Below, in pieces: positions 1 through 11,316 of a stretch of 64,000 nucleotides of DNA. The notes beneath the pieces were generated by a model. The model had not been told where the DNA came from, did not search any database, and saw only the letters and a program-made list of their open reading frames with translations. A program made the translations under genes and the position numbers. The stretch comes from the human T2T-CHM13v2.0 reference genome, Homo sapiens: the NCBI RefSeq assembly GCF_009914755.1, contig NC_060942.1, one strand, 5' to 3'. The stretch's first letter is position 1. Each line of letters begins with the position of its first letter.

Positions 1-419
1 CTAAAGCATACCCTGAGGCAAGGATACAGGTGCAAGCAATTTGTTAAGGAAGTTCCCTAGGGGCCAGCAGGAGAGTCCAGACTGGGATGAGGCCGCCAGA
101 CCATCGTTTGAGTTCAGTTGAATCCCAGACTCAGTGGGAACCCTCAGGGAACTCCTAGGGGAGCCGGGCTTTGTCCAGACTTTCAACCAAGTAGCGGAGC
201 TGTGCTCCCATACTCTTCAGTCATTGCTAGGGCTTATGGCTGGGTGACCTACCTCAATCCCCTGCACGTGTGGCTCTCTGTAAGGACGAGGTGCCAGTCC
301 TCTGAGAGTGGAAGGTACAAGTAGTTAGCTGCAAAATATACTGGAGCTGGGAAGTGGTTGCACAGAGATTGACCAGTGAGGCCCAAGGGACTAAGGGGAC
401 ACTGCCAGTGTCTGCCATA
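1..419 (-). mobile_element. ERVL-class solo LTR (LTR33/LTR16-like), truncated by window start
   Basis: Start 'aagcataccctgaggcaaggatacaggtgcaagcaatttgtt' resembles the reverse complement of the LTR33/16 3' end; the other end reads tatggcagacactggcagtg on the minus strand, like the LTR 5' terminus. Confidence 0.6.
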
Positions 420-1189
420 GACCCATTCTGTGTAAGCACAAAAGGTCCAGTTCCCCCAGCAGTTGTTTCTAAAAATCGCAGCAAGAATCTGTCTTTTCAC
501 AGCCATTTATTGTTACCCTTCCCTTCACTGTGACTCCTGAGTCTGTCCCTCAGCTCCCCCTGACCATCTGTGTGGTAATGACTACTCCGTGCATAGCCCT
601 CATCCCTAGTCAGCTTTGCGCTAGAGGTGGGTTCAGGCTTTTCTCTTTAATCACAACAACACACTGAATAAAAGGCTGTGCATTGAATACATGCGATCAA
701 ATCTTTCATAGAAGGTAATAGAATTACAAAGCAGAAAAGGGAAACTAAATGGCTCCTGGGTGCATTGTTTCTGCTGTGCTGTGCCTTAGACTGAGCTTCT
801 GCCTTGCCTTTCTCCCTGTTCTGCTTCTGTGTTATTGAGATGCAACCTGCCCTCTTCCCCCAAATAAGATAAGAAGCTTTTTTTCTTTTTTTTTAACATG
901 GCACATTTAACAAACCCTATTTAAGACACTGCAAGTTTTTAAAACATTATTATAATTATATTTTCAGAGAAAAAGACTATCATAACATCTTACTTATGAA
1001 ACAGAATTCTTAAGTACAGTCTTAACCCGCAGTTACTCCCTGTATTCAGTTTCTAAAAAAGCCGTGAATAAGTCCATGTTTTCCATCTCTACAATGAAAT
1101 ATTCACATGAAAAACTTACTGAAGACAGAGTTTAGTTAAGCCCTAGAGTGAAGAACCTGTAGCTTTTTTAAAATCAGCAGTTTTTTTCC

Positions 1190-1345
1190 TCTCCTTTACC
1201 TATATAGCACATCTAATTCACGTATCATTTCAAATTATTTTATAGAAGAGGAAAGTAAACCTTAGAATGTTTAATTTTTTTGAAGTCATGCCATTACCAT
1301 GTGGAAGACTTAGGATCCCATCCTTGATCCTCTGACTCCAAATAT
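1190..1345 (-). mobile_element. MIR SINE fragment
   Basis: 'tttttatagaagaggaaagtaaaccttag...gaagtcatgcc...ctctgactccaaa' matches the MIR core in reverse, degenerately. Confidence 0.5.
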
Positions 1346-1680
1346 ACTTATTTTTCATACTATTTCAATTTCTTTATGAAAAAATGTATTATAGTGTCAT
1401 TTTTTCCCTTATTTTTGTGTAACATCTTTTGGGGCTTTAGAGGCCATTTGCCACATTGTGTGGCTTCTCAGGATATTCTAAAAACCTCTCTGCTGCTCAG
1501 ATAATGTTCCTTATTATGAATCCTGCTTTCCTAAGGCAGGAAATAGTCGGGTCTTATTCTGTCTTGCTAATAGCTTAGACACAGAATACAATCCAAGAAC
1601 AAGAAGCTCAAATGTGTGACTTGAGTAAGAAGAAAACAATATAAGGAGGTAGCAGGGTTCCACAGAACCTATCTTTGAGA

Positions 1681-1905
1681 GAGTGTGGTGGTTAAGGTAG
1701 CTAGCTTTTGTGGGCCGCATTAGTGAAATTCTAGCATTTCATTTCAAGCATCAATTCTGTAAGCAGTAGACTCATTTGTGACTTATTAATGTAAGGATAA
1801 AATTCATATTTACCTTTGTGAGTGATTAAGAGGACTGAATGAGATAATCCATGCACAGTGCTTAAGCGTGCATGGCACAGAGTAAGTTCTTAATACAAGT
1901 TAGCT
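1681..1905 (+). mobile_element. MIR SINE
   Basis: 5' 'gtgtggtggttaag' and 3' 'gaggactgaatgagataatccatgcacagtgcttaagc...tggcacagagtaagttcttaatacaagttagc'. Confidence 0.75.
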
Positions 1906-2019
1906 TTTATGAAGAATAAAGAGAAGAACAGCAAAACTAATTCATCAACCTGTCTCCATATAGCCACTGCTTTCTCTCTCCCTTAAACTGAGTTTTCTGT
2001 ATTCACCAAGTCTACTTCT

Positions 2020-2600
2020 TCATCCCTCATTACTCTCCATTCTATTCCAATCTGGCTTCACCACCTCCTCCATTACATGACCAGACATTTCTCAGCAACA
2101 TCACCAGTAATCTTCAGGTCAGTGAATCTAATGAACATTTTCTATTTCTTTACTTGCTGGACTGTATACCTATATTAAAAAAATGTTGGTCAGGCACAGT
2201 GGCTTATGCCTATAATCTCAGCAGTCTGGGAGGCTGAGGTAGAAGAATTACTTGAGCCCAGGAGTTCAAGGTTGCAGTGAGCTATGATCACACTATTACA
2301 CTCTCTCTAGCCTGGATGACAGAGCAAGATCTGTCTCTAAAAACAACAACAACAACAAACTTAGCCTCCTCCTCAGGCTTAGCCTCTTATATTGCTTTTA
2401 AAGCTTATAATTCTTCATGTCATGATTTGAGGCCTATAACTCTTCTTGTTTGATATCCAAATCTATTTCAAATCTATGTTTGATATCCAAATCTATTTCA
2501 AGACTATGACTTTAATTATCTTCTAGACACTATTGATACTCAGATCCTAGAACAGTGTTTGACACACAGTAGATAGCCAATTTCTATTTGTTCAGTGTAC
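2020..2600 (+). mobile_element. L2 LINE fragments interrupted by an Alu monomer
   Basis: 'ccaatctggcttcacc...tcaccagtaatcttcagg...gaatctaatg' resembles L2 ORF2; 'cctagaacagtgtttgacacacagtag' resembles the L2 tail. Confidence 0.55.
2188..2360 (+). mobile_element. Free Alu monomer (FRAM/FAM-like) with (AAC)n tail
   Basis: About 150 bp 7SL-derived monomer 'ggtcaggcacagtggct...gagcccaggagttcaaggttgcagtgagctatgat...gacagagcaagatctgtctc' followed by aaaaacaacaacaacaacaaac; no second arm. Confidence 0.85.
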
Positions 2601-2645
2601 AATTGGGTAAATGAGCAAAGCATCAGCAAGCTACAGATACTTTTA

Positions 2646-2664
2646 TGTGTGTGTGTGTGTGTGT
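2646..2664. repeat. (TG)n microsatellite
   Basis: Read directly. Confidence 0.9.
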
Positions 2665-3479
2665 AACACTGAGCCTTAGCATGAGCAGGAAAGAACCTAA
2701 TAATGCCTTGTGCAATAATGGAGGACCATTGTATCTATATTATGTAACTGAAATCTTGATATGAAATGAGACTGTGTTATCTGAGCGAATATTTATATAT
2801 GTGAGAGTTGTTACCAACAACTACTCCTCTCAGGAAGCTCTGCTCATAGGTTGAAGTTCATGTTTCACTTAAGACCTTGCAAGTCTTGACCGAATTGACT
2901 ATTGTTGCCACACAACTGGAGTCCTGAGTTCAACTTCAGGCCTAGGATTTAGGAAAACGTAAGAGAAAAGGCTTCCTATTGTTGGGAGGAGGTTAAATTT
3001 TCCCCAGGGAAGCAGTAGGCTTTTGTGGAATACAGACACTTGTAAGAAGGTATGGCATTTTGTGGAGAATGGGCAATGTGCGAATTGGAGAAGGAAAGAT
3101 CAGGAATGAAATAAATAGCTATTAGGACACATTCTTATAAGGTCATTTGTGTATTTTAAAGCATACCCAATACAATATCTTTTGTGCTGGATAGCTCACA
3201 CTTAGAATCTAAGGATATTGAATTGCCTTAAATGAGAACCCACATTTCAGGGGTTGTCACTGGCAAAATATCAGAAAGGCTACATTTCAAAAGCATAGTA
3301 TATGTAAGCACAATATAAATATTGTATATACTATACATAATACTATATAATGCAAGAGACCAGAGACATGTAAGAGGACCGTATCTCCTGATTTCCTTAG
3401 AGATAACCAGAATCTACCATTTGTTGAGGAAACAGACATGTATGTAGAAATACCTAGGTTATATGATCCTAAAATCTAC

Positions 3480-3700
3480 AATGTATCTAAGGCCTAGAAA
3501 ATAGTTTGCAGTCTTGTAAGTACTCAACAAATGTTTTGCAATGAACAAATGAATGCATTTAGCCTTAGTTTTAAAATATTATTTCTTTTGTGAATGCTAA
3601 CAGAAAAGGAAGTCCTCACCAATAGTTTGACTCAATCTTCATCACCTGCTATTCTGGTAAGTGCTTAAATACGTTTACTGAATGAATGAATGTTTACTGG
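3480..3700 (+). mobile_element. L2 3'-tail fragments (two)
   Basis: 'gtaagtactcaacaaatgttttgcaatgaacaaatgaatg' and 'gtaagtgcttaaatacgtttactgaatgaatgaatg'. Confidence 0.6.
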
Positions 3701-5049
3701 AAAAAAAATCAATGACTGAATAAATTTTAAAAGTAGCTGGTAGATTCTAAATATTAAAGTGCATCATGGTGAGAGAAGAAAATTACTCTAGGCTGGACAG
3801 ATGAGATATATATTCTTACATTGTTTAAGAAGTACATGTGACTATTGCTAAACAGGATGATAGTAAAATAAATTGATGCTTGCATCTCAAAACCCCAAAT
3901 ATATTACAGTAAGTTTGCACAAATCAAAATTAGGAAAAATTAAAACATGTTAGAAACAAGTAACATGGTGCTAAAGTAAAAGTAGAAGAGAAAAGGAATG
4001 GTTTCCTTTTGAAAAGGTTTATTAGATCATTAATGGTACCTTAGCACAGGGACCCATGCAATTATTTTCAAGTTGATATTTTTGATATTATTATGTTAAA
4101 GATTTTTATTATTGGAGCCTTTACAAATTTATTGAGCAATGGAAGAGATAATGTATTGAGAAAGTGAAGAGTTAGTGATGCCATCTAGGGATACGAAGAG
4201 ATGAGTAGAAATCATTCTTAAGCAGTGTATTCCTCGGGTCATCAAATGGACTTGTTACTCTAGACAAGAGGTATGAAAACATGATTATTGCCCAGCTATT
4301 GAATGTCAATCAATATAATGGAGTCAACACAAAATAATCTCATGGGAGACTGTTGTATAAGACAATGCCAATTAAGAGTTTTACACTGGAGATTAACCAC
4401 TTTCACACCTATAAACATTTCCTTCACTACACAGACTTTCCCAGTATCAAATAATCTGGAAAACTTGGAATTTGCAACTGTGCAGTTACTTGGAATGTAT
4501 GAAATCAGAACAGGGAACTAGAACTTTAGGAATCTTTTTTTTCTCTCTAGTATGAATTAACCAGTGTTATAACAGAGCACATATGTCCAGGGACTAGACA
4601 GTTCTTGTTCACCAGATGTGGTGGCATGGAGTAGATGAATTCTTAATAAAACACTCTAAGTATTTATTTTCAGTTTCACAGAGAACTGAAAAAGGATTAA
4701 ACTTAAATTACATGCATTAGTTATATTCCTGTAATTGATTAAATATTTTAATTGCTTTAAGTTTCTACCTAGAAATTTAGGAAACATATCATACTAAGCA
4801 GAGAGTTGATGGAAGTATCTAATAACTTGAAAAATATAGAAAAATACTTAGGGAGCACAATATAATTTTATTATTGTCACTTTAACATAGAACAATATTC
4901 TTACACTTACATATTCTTTGCTTCTTTTGGCTATGTGATGGTTATGTCAGTTTTGCTTAAATAATGCCAATTACTCTTCTCTACAGAGATAATTTACTTG
5001 GAAACTTTGTTCCTGAATATGTCTGTTAAGTTGATCCATATATATAGTA

Positions 5050-5229
5050 CACTTGTTCTCTAAATTAGCAAATATCAAAATCATCCAGAATGCATCATAA
5101 TATCTCATATTCCTGGAAGAAGCCTCATAGTTTCTTATTCTGAAAGTCTGACCAAGACTCAGGAATCTGCACTTGTAACACGCACCTCAAGCAATTTAGG
5201 TGGGCAATCCAGAGCTTTGAGACAAACCT
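5050..5229. mobile_element. MER5-family hAT-Charlie MITE
   Basis: 'ctcaggaatctgcacttgtaacacgcacctcaagcaatt...gctttgagacaaacctg'. Confidence 0.55.
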
Positions 5230-7649
5230 GCATATAGTGATTTCATTGTACTGGTGAGTGTCCATCAATCCCACTGGCCTTTGATGTTGGCTGGGCTGGT
5301 GTCTATCTGGTCCCATCCAAGTGATAAACTGGGCTATCCTGGAACCAGTGATCTGGCCAGGATATCAACTGGCATCCACTGGTACAGTCAGTGCTGCATT
5401 GAGCTAGCATATGTTCTGATGCGGAAGGCATCTATCCTCAAAAGTGGCTGCTTAGATATAGTGAGTACGTAGCATTTAAATATTACCCTGGCTTCAGCAG
5501 TTCCTTGTCCCTCTATTTCCTGAAGGAGAATCCTTTCTGACTTGTCTCTGAAATAATCTTATATTTTTCTTTTCCTGAGGAAATATTTCTACTCAGATAT
5601 CCAGAGAAACAAGGCAAACTATTTTCTGAGTCCAAGCAAAGATTCAGTCTATTAGTGTTTTCTTTATGTCTAGAGTTGACCTAGTCACACATCAATGGTG
5701 AATGCTTAACAATTCAAATAATTCAGTTCCTTCCAAAGTGTTATGGTTATTCTTAGGCCCATTATGCAAACCATGAAACAAAAATTTCTCTACAATGAAC
5801 ATGGGTTGCATACAGAAAAAAAAATCTTGAATTTAGAATTTTAAAACAATTTTCCTAAATATGAGTTGTCAAAAGCCAGGAAGTAGTGTGAGTAGAGGCA
5901 ACAGATTGATTTATTCTCTTCTTTGGTATACTATAGATTTTAAAGAAAAGGTAAACATTTTCCCCTGCAGCATGGTAAGAATGCAGCTCAGCACAGGTGA
6001 AAGCTGGTGGAAACATACGGATTTTCAGGATCCCATCCAGCATAGTGAGTCTATTTATTTGTTCTTTTCCTGTGTTCAGATGTGGCAGTGATGGATGCTA
6101 TTTCCATACAATGCAATGCCTCGAGCTTGCATCAGGACCATGCTTTTTAATGAAATAAGCACGGTCCTTTACTTTTCACATCTTGACTACTGACTTATTT
6201 ATTATAGATTTTGGGAGAAGCACATTTAGTTAATAAGTGTTTAATCATTTTCATAAATACAGGTTTTAGAAAACTGTTCTTGGAAGTCTGATTTAGGCCA
6301 AAATTAGGTGTATTTAACCTGGCTCCAACAATCTATAGTGTTTTATTTCACAATATCTATTTCTTAACACACAAGACTTCCCTCTTTCCTCACCTTTTCG
6401 ATGTTGGCCTTAAACTTAAATTATGACTTTAACCTGATCCATCTGCTAACTTGAAGTAATTAATTTTATGATATACTTAGAAGGAGATATATATCTAAAC
6501 ATGAAGTTGCTTTCATTTATCTCTTTATATTTTGTGGTTTTAAATTCCATCTAATTAACAAAGGATCATAGTGTTGTGGTATACACTGGGCACTCATATA
6601 TTTGTATATTTGTTAACCTGGGGGCATTATGACATTTTGAAGAGAAAGAGAACTGTTTTAAGCTGGGGTGGGGAGACAACAAACAATCTGTAACACTTTT
6701 GTGCAATTTAAACAATGGTGCAAAAGAGATGAACATAAGAATAACATTAAACTTTTTGTTCTAGAAAGGCTTTTCTCAAGAAGCTTATTCTTCTCCTATT
6801 TTTATCTGCTATTCTAGCAATTCCTTAGGGCACAGCAGTTTGTCTCTGCTCATTGGTTTGGAGCTGACAGCAAAATTTGGAGCTCTTTCATCAATGTGCC
6901 ATATACTTTTTCTGTTTTCATGTATTCATCATCATAATTTTGAAGTCTGTGTATTGAAACTGTTTTAGGATATAACTGGATGGGTGTTAAAATTTCCCTG
7001 AAGGCAGTATTGTTCTGATGTGGCTGACGGTGAACCTGGACTCACTGATATAATGGTATCAGTGATGGCCAGGAACCAATGACTTTAATCAAGGTTCTAA
7101 ATGTTCTTCAGATTAAATTGCTTTCCAGAGTGTTTTGAGTCTATGGAGTCTGAGTGAATGCTTCTGTTTCCTTTTTGTGGTTTCATTCCCCTAGAATGTG
7201 AGTTTTCTTAGGTTTCAATGCTGTAACTATTCAATAAGAGAAAAATATTCTATTTGCCTTGTAATCTCATTTTGTGTTGCAATCTGAAGCATGTAGATGT
7301 TAGTTACTGTAGAAATAAAGGAAAGAAATGAGCCCTAGTTTTTCCTTCTCATTATCATTTCCTTTGAACACATAGGAAAGGTTTTGCACACAAGACATGT
7401 TGCTACTCAAATAATAATTTATCTAAATAAATGGATATTGGTTGCTCTTACCTTAAAGACTGTTTCTAATTTCACAAATGCTGCAGTTGTTTAGCACATT
7501 GTTGATCCAAAATTTTAGAATGGTGTTCTAAGTCAGCAACAGATTTATTTTTATGCTTTTATTTTATTGTGTTCCTTCCTTTTTTTTTTCCATTTTTACC
7601 TTCTCTGTTTTCACCTTTCCTCTCTCTCGTCTGCCTTCTACTTTCTTCC

Positions 7650-7999
7650 TCGTAGGGCTTCTGGCAGTGATACTCACTGGGTTCCCTTGGAGATTTTAAT
7701 TCTCAGACTTGTCCACACCAAGCCTCCAGCAATTCATCAATTATAGTTTAAGTTTTCTTACCTCGACACTGGTTCTCACGGAGTTTCTTGCTCCTTGGCT
7801 TCTGCTCCCATAAGTTGAGATTCTCTGTATTTGCTTGTCTTTCTCTCCAATTGTTGGGGCGGTGGCTTGCTCTGTGATCTCAGTTCTCAGAAGAATCTTT
7901 GAAGAGTTGTTAATTTTTAGTTTGCTTCTTTTTTCTTGTTGTGAAGCCAGAAGTGATGGTTTCCATGCTGCTTACATGCTGGACCTGAAACTGGAAGTC
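7650..7999 (-). mobile_element. Ancient L1 (L1MD/L1MC-type) 5' UTR fragment
   Basis: Minus strand begins gacttccagtttcaggtccagcatgtaag...acaacaagaaaaaag...aacaactcttc...gagaactgagatcacagagcaagccaccgcccc, like recalled L1MDa-type 5' ends. Confidence 0.65.
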
Positions 8000-8461
8000 T
8001 CTGAAGTACGCTTTTAATGCAAAGAAAATTAAAATATCTGCAGAGCATTTTGTACATATTAAGTGTTCTCTCATTTTTAGCTATCAATAATGCTGCATTT
8101 AATACATCATATCTTATTGATTCCAAGGCTATGTTTTTCAGATTTCAACAACTCTGAAATTGTGATATGATGTCTTACAATTACTTTGCATTTGATATCT
8201 GCTGCTGCCAACCCTGACTCCCCCAAGGGGGAAGCCCAGCCACTGTTAAGGTAAGGGCTAGGCAATTGCCCCTCTCCACTTTGAACCTCCCTGGTCTGGT
8301 CAATGCAGTCCCTTTGTACTAACCCCTCTCTGTAAAGCGTGAGCCTTAACATCCTTGGAATGAATTTTACACAAGGCAAGCACATCGCAGGGCAACCAAG
8401 ATTTCGGGGGGCAGCAACTTAGATCTGGTGTCGATAGGCTGTGATAGCACACCCATCCTGA

Positions 8462-8537
8462 CTTTTTTCTTCTCTGTCTCTTTCTTTTGCTCTGTTTCTC
8501 TCTCTGTCTCTGTCTCTCTATGTCTCTTTCTTTCTCT
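8462..8537. repeat. Pyrimidine-rich (TC/TCTG)n low-complexity tract
   Basis: Read directly; explains the R/K/E-rich spurious ORFs at 8300-8609. Confidence 0.85.
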
Positions 8538-8728
8538 GAATTTGAATAGCGGATAGGAAACACTTCTGGGGCCAGAGGATGTTTTAAAGAGTTTTTTCAA
8601 TAAGTGCATAATAAAAAAAAGTCAAATAATTTTTTTTATATTTGTCATAGTTTAGTTGGCAGCATTATTTCTTGTTTAGTGGTTCCTAAAATGATGTTGG
8701 ACAGCAATTTATATTAGATCAAATATCC

Positions 8729-8908
8729 CAGTGCTGTGCTGAATCCTAGTGACTTAGGATTGTGTGCATTTCTTCCCAACAGCATTACCAGTGATGTTAC
8801 TTGGTGACTTCAGGTTAGCCATGCTGGGAGTATTAGCCCTACATAAACATTAAAAATCAACTTCCTTGCCTTAAGCTGCAGTTATTAAACATTTATTAGA
8901 ACACACTG
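8729..8908 (+). mobile_element. MER63A-like hAT DNA-transposon MITE
   Basis: Termini cagtgctgtgctg ... aaacatttattagaacacactg; internal 'gattgtgtgcatttcttcccaac' and 'gccatgctgggagtatt'. Confidence 0.75.
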
Positions 8909-9759
8909 ATTTTATATCTGAATTACAAATTACACTCTGAAAAAGCAATGTCTGTGTGTGATTGGTTACATAAGATGCAAATATGGAAAGCTAAAACAAA
9001 TTTCACAAATTTACATATCACCATTTTTTGGCATGAACCAGCCACTAATTCTCAGAAGAGTTTAGCACAGTTTTTTTAAAAAAATTATTTGGGTTTATTA
9101 TAAAGACATTGATAAAACTCTAATAATTTTTTCCTCCCCTTTGATGAACATTAAACTTACAAGATTTTAAAGAATGCATTTTAATAGTAAAACAGTGTTG
9201 TGTTGATCTATTGGCATAAAAATGATGTACAATGACTTCTGTAGGTCTTCCAGATTTATAGTAATTGAAGATCCTTAGGCTTTTTTAAAAAGTGTTCCAG
9301 ATTTAGCTAGCGGTTAAGGGATTTTTTTTTTAAATAAAGAAACTTTAAAGTTGAAAAACTTTTTACAAAAAGCAGCAATTCCTTTAGCTAATATTTTTCT
9401 CGTTGACTATTATGAAACCATGCCCTTAGAAAGACCAGTTTCTTTTTCTTTTGAGATCTGGCAATGAAGAAGCAATCCTCTGTTTATGATATAAAGGAAA
9501 CAATATCCTCTGGAGAACAGTAGGTGAAGACCATAATTTTCTGCAGATTCTCAGTACAAAATGAGTTCTTAAGATGGTAGCTTTTATTATGGAATTTATA
9601 CTTTTAACTGAAAGGGAAAGTAGAAATTAAATGGAAAATGTTACATACCAAAATTACTTCTTAATTCTACACAGCGCTTCAAAATGTTTGTCTAGTTCTA
9701 ATGGATATCCTTGGAAAACTCATCATCCATTTTGCCTTTAGGTGTTTAGGTTTTTATTG

Positions 9760-9860
9760 TTCATCTATTTTAGCTGTTCATTGTTTTCATCAAGCATATC
9801 CGTAGTTCTTAGGACAATGTCTTATTTATAATAGGAGCTCAAAAATATTTATTAATTGGT
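9760..9860 (+). mobile_element. L2 3'-tail fragment
   Basis: 'gtagttcttaggacaatgtc...taataggagctcaaaaatatttatt'. Confidence 0.5.
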
Positions 9861-9914
9861 TATAGATATTGTGATACATATTAACATATATGTGCATATA
9901 ATATCCATATTTTC

Positions 9915-9946
9915 TATATGTGTGTGTGTATATATATATATATATA
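9915..9946. repeat. (TG)n(TA)n microsatellite
   Basis: Read directly. Confidence 0.85.
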
Positions 9947-10986
9947 ACTTAATAAATTGAGGACACATTTATATTTAGTCTGTGACAGGATGTGAGTTTC
10001 CACAAATTGTTAAGGGCCTTTAATTCAGACTAAATGAACCTCTGTTCCTGCTAAAGTTCCACTTTAGCTTTGCTTTCTTTCACTAAAAGTCTTTTCTAAT
10101 TCTATTCCTTGAATCCTTTCCTTCTTCCCTTTGCTATTTTATTCACTTCTTAGCTACTTTTTATTCATACCACTTCCTTTCACAGGAACTGATGAATCAT
10201 ATAGGCACATGAAATGGTAACCCTAATTCCTTACCTTCCTTCATATTAAAATGTATTACTGCATTACAGATCACAAAAATGATTGGTGACTAGAAGTGCT
10301 TGTGCAGTATTGTTTCTATGCACCAAATTAAAAATAAAGCACACAGTGCCTCAATGCAAAAAAATACAATCACAAATTTCATTCACTGCCTTTACCATCC
10401 AAGTGGAAAACCATTTCTGAAATATCTAAAATGCTACTCTATCTCCATCTCTGATAAATAAATAATAAATCATTCCTTCCTTTTCCCAAATGGTCTATAA
10501 ATCAATATTTTGCAAAGTATTAACAGCATTTCTAAAGTTTACACAAGGATATTTATTGAATATATAACAAATATTAACTTCCTTATTTTTAAAGGGTATA
10601 TTTCTTTAACCTGTTTATTTAAATAATACTTACAGAAAAGTTTCAATTTGTTTTTTTAATCTGTTAATGAGAAATTATTTATTCATTACATTTTAGATAA
10701 ATAAATATTATTACCCATGTGATGTATAGTAAAACAATTATTTTCAAATATAAATTGGTGTAGAGTAGGAAAAATTATTTTTAAATGAGTAAGATAAAAC
10801 ATTTAACCATGTTGAAATGACAATATAATTAAGAATATCAACACTAGTAAGTTAAAATAATTTGTTTAGAAAGAAAAATATTGAATGTTTAAATAAAGTA
10901 ATGCTGTTAAATATACAGCTTACATTAATTGATAACACATTTTGTTTGTAAGTGCTCTGGCCTCTGCAGAAGACAGTTGCTATATA

Positions 10987-11316
10987 CAGATGCATTACAG
11001 AAATGCGTCATTAGGCAATTTTGTCGTTATTCAAACATTATAGAGTGCACCTACATGAACCTAGATGTATAGCCTATTATACACCTAGGCATAGGCTATA
11101 GCCTACTGCTCCAGGGCTACTAGCCTGCACAGCACATTCCTGTACTGAATAGTGTAGGCAATGGTAATATGATGGTAAGTATTTGTGTGTCAAAACATCT
11201 AAACATAAAAAAAGTTACAGTAAAAATATGGTATTATAATCTTATGGGACCACCATCGTATATGAGATTATGAGGTCCATTGATGACTAAAATATCATTA
11301 TGAGGCATATAATTAT
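10987..11316 (-). mobile_element. Tigger3a-like (TcMar-Tigger) MITE
   Basis: 'gaaatgcgtcattaggcaattttgtcg...acctagatgtatagccta...gtactgaatagtgtaggcaat...ggtattataatcttatgggaccaccatcgtatatg'. Confidence 0.85.

Noticed and set aside
5987-6007. REST/RE1-like CTCAGCACAGGTGAAAGCTGG
   Set aside because: The right half-site lacks GGACAG; too many mismatches.
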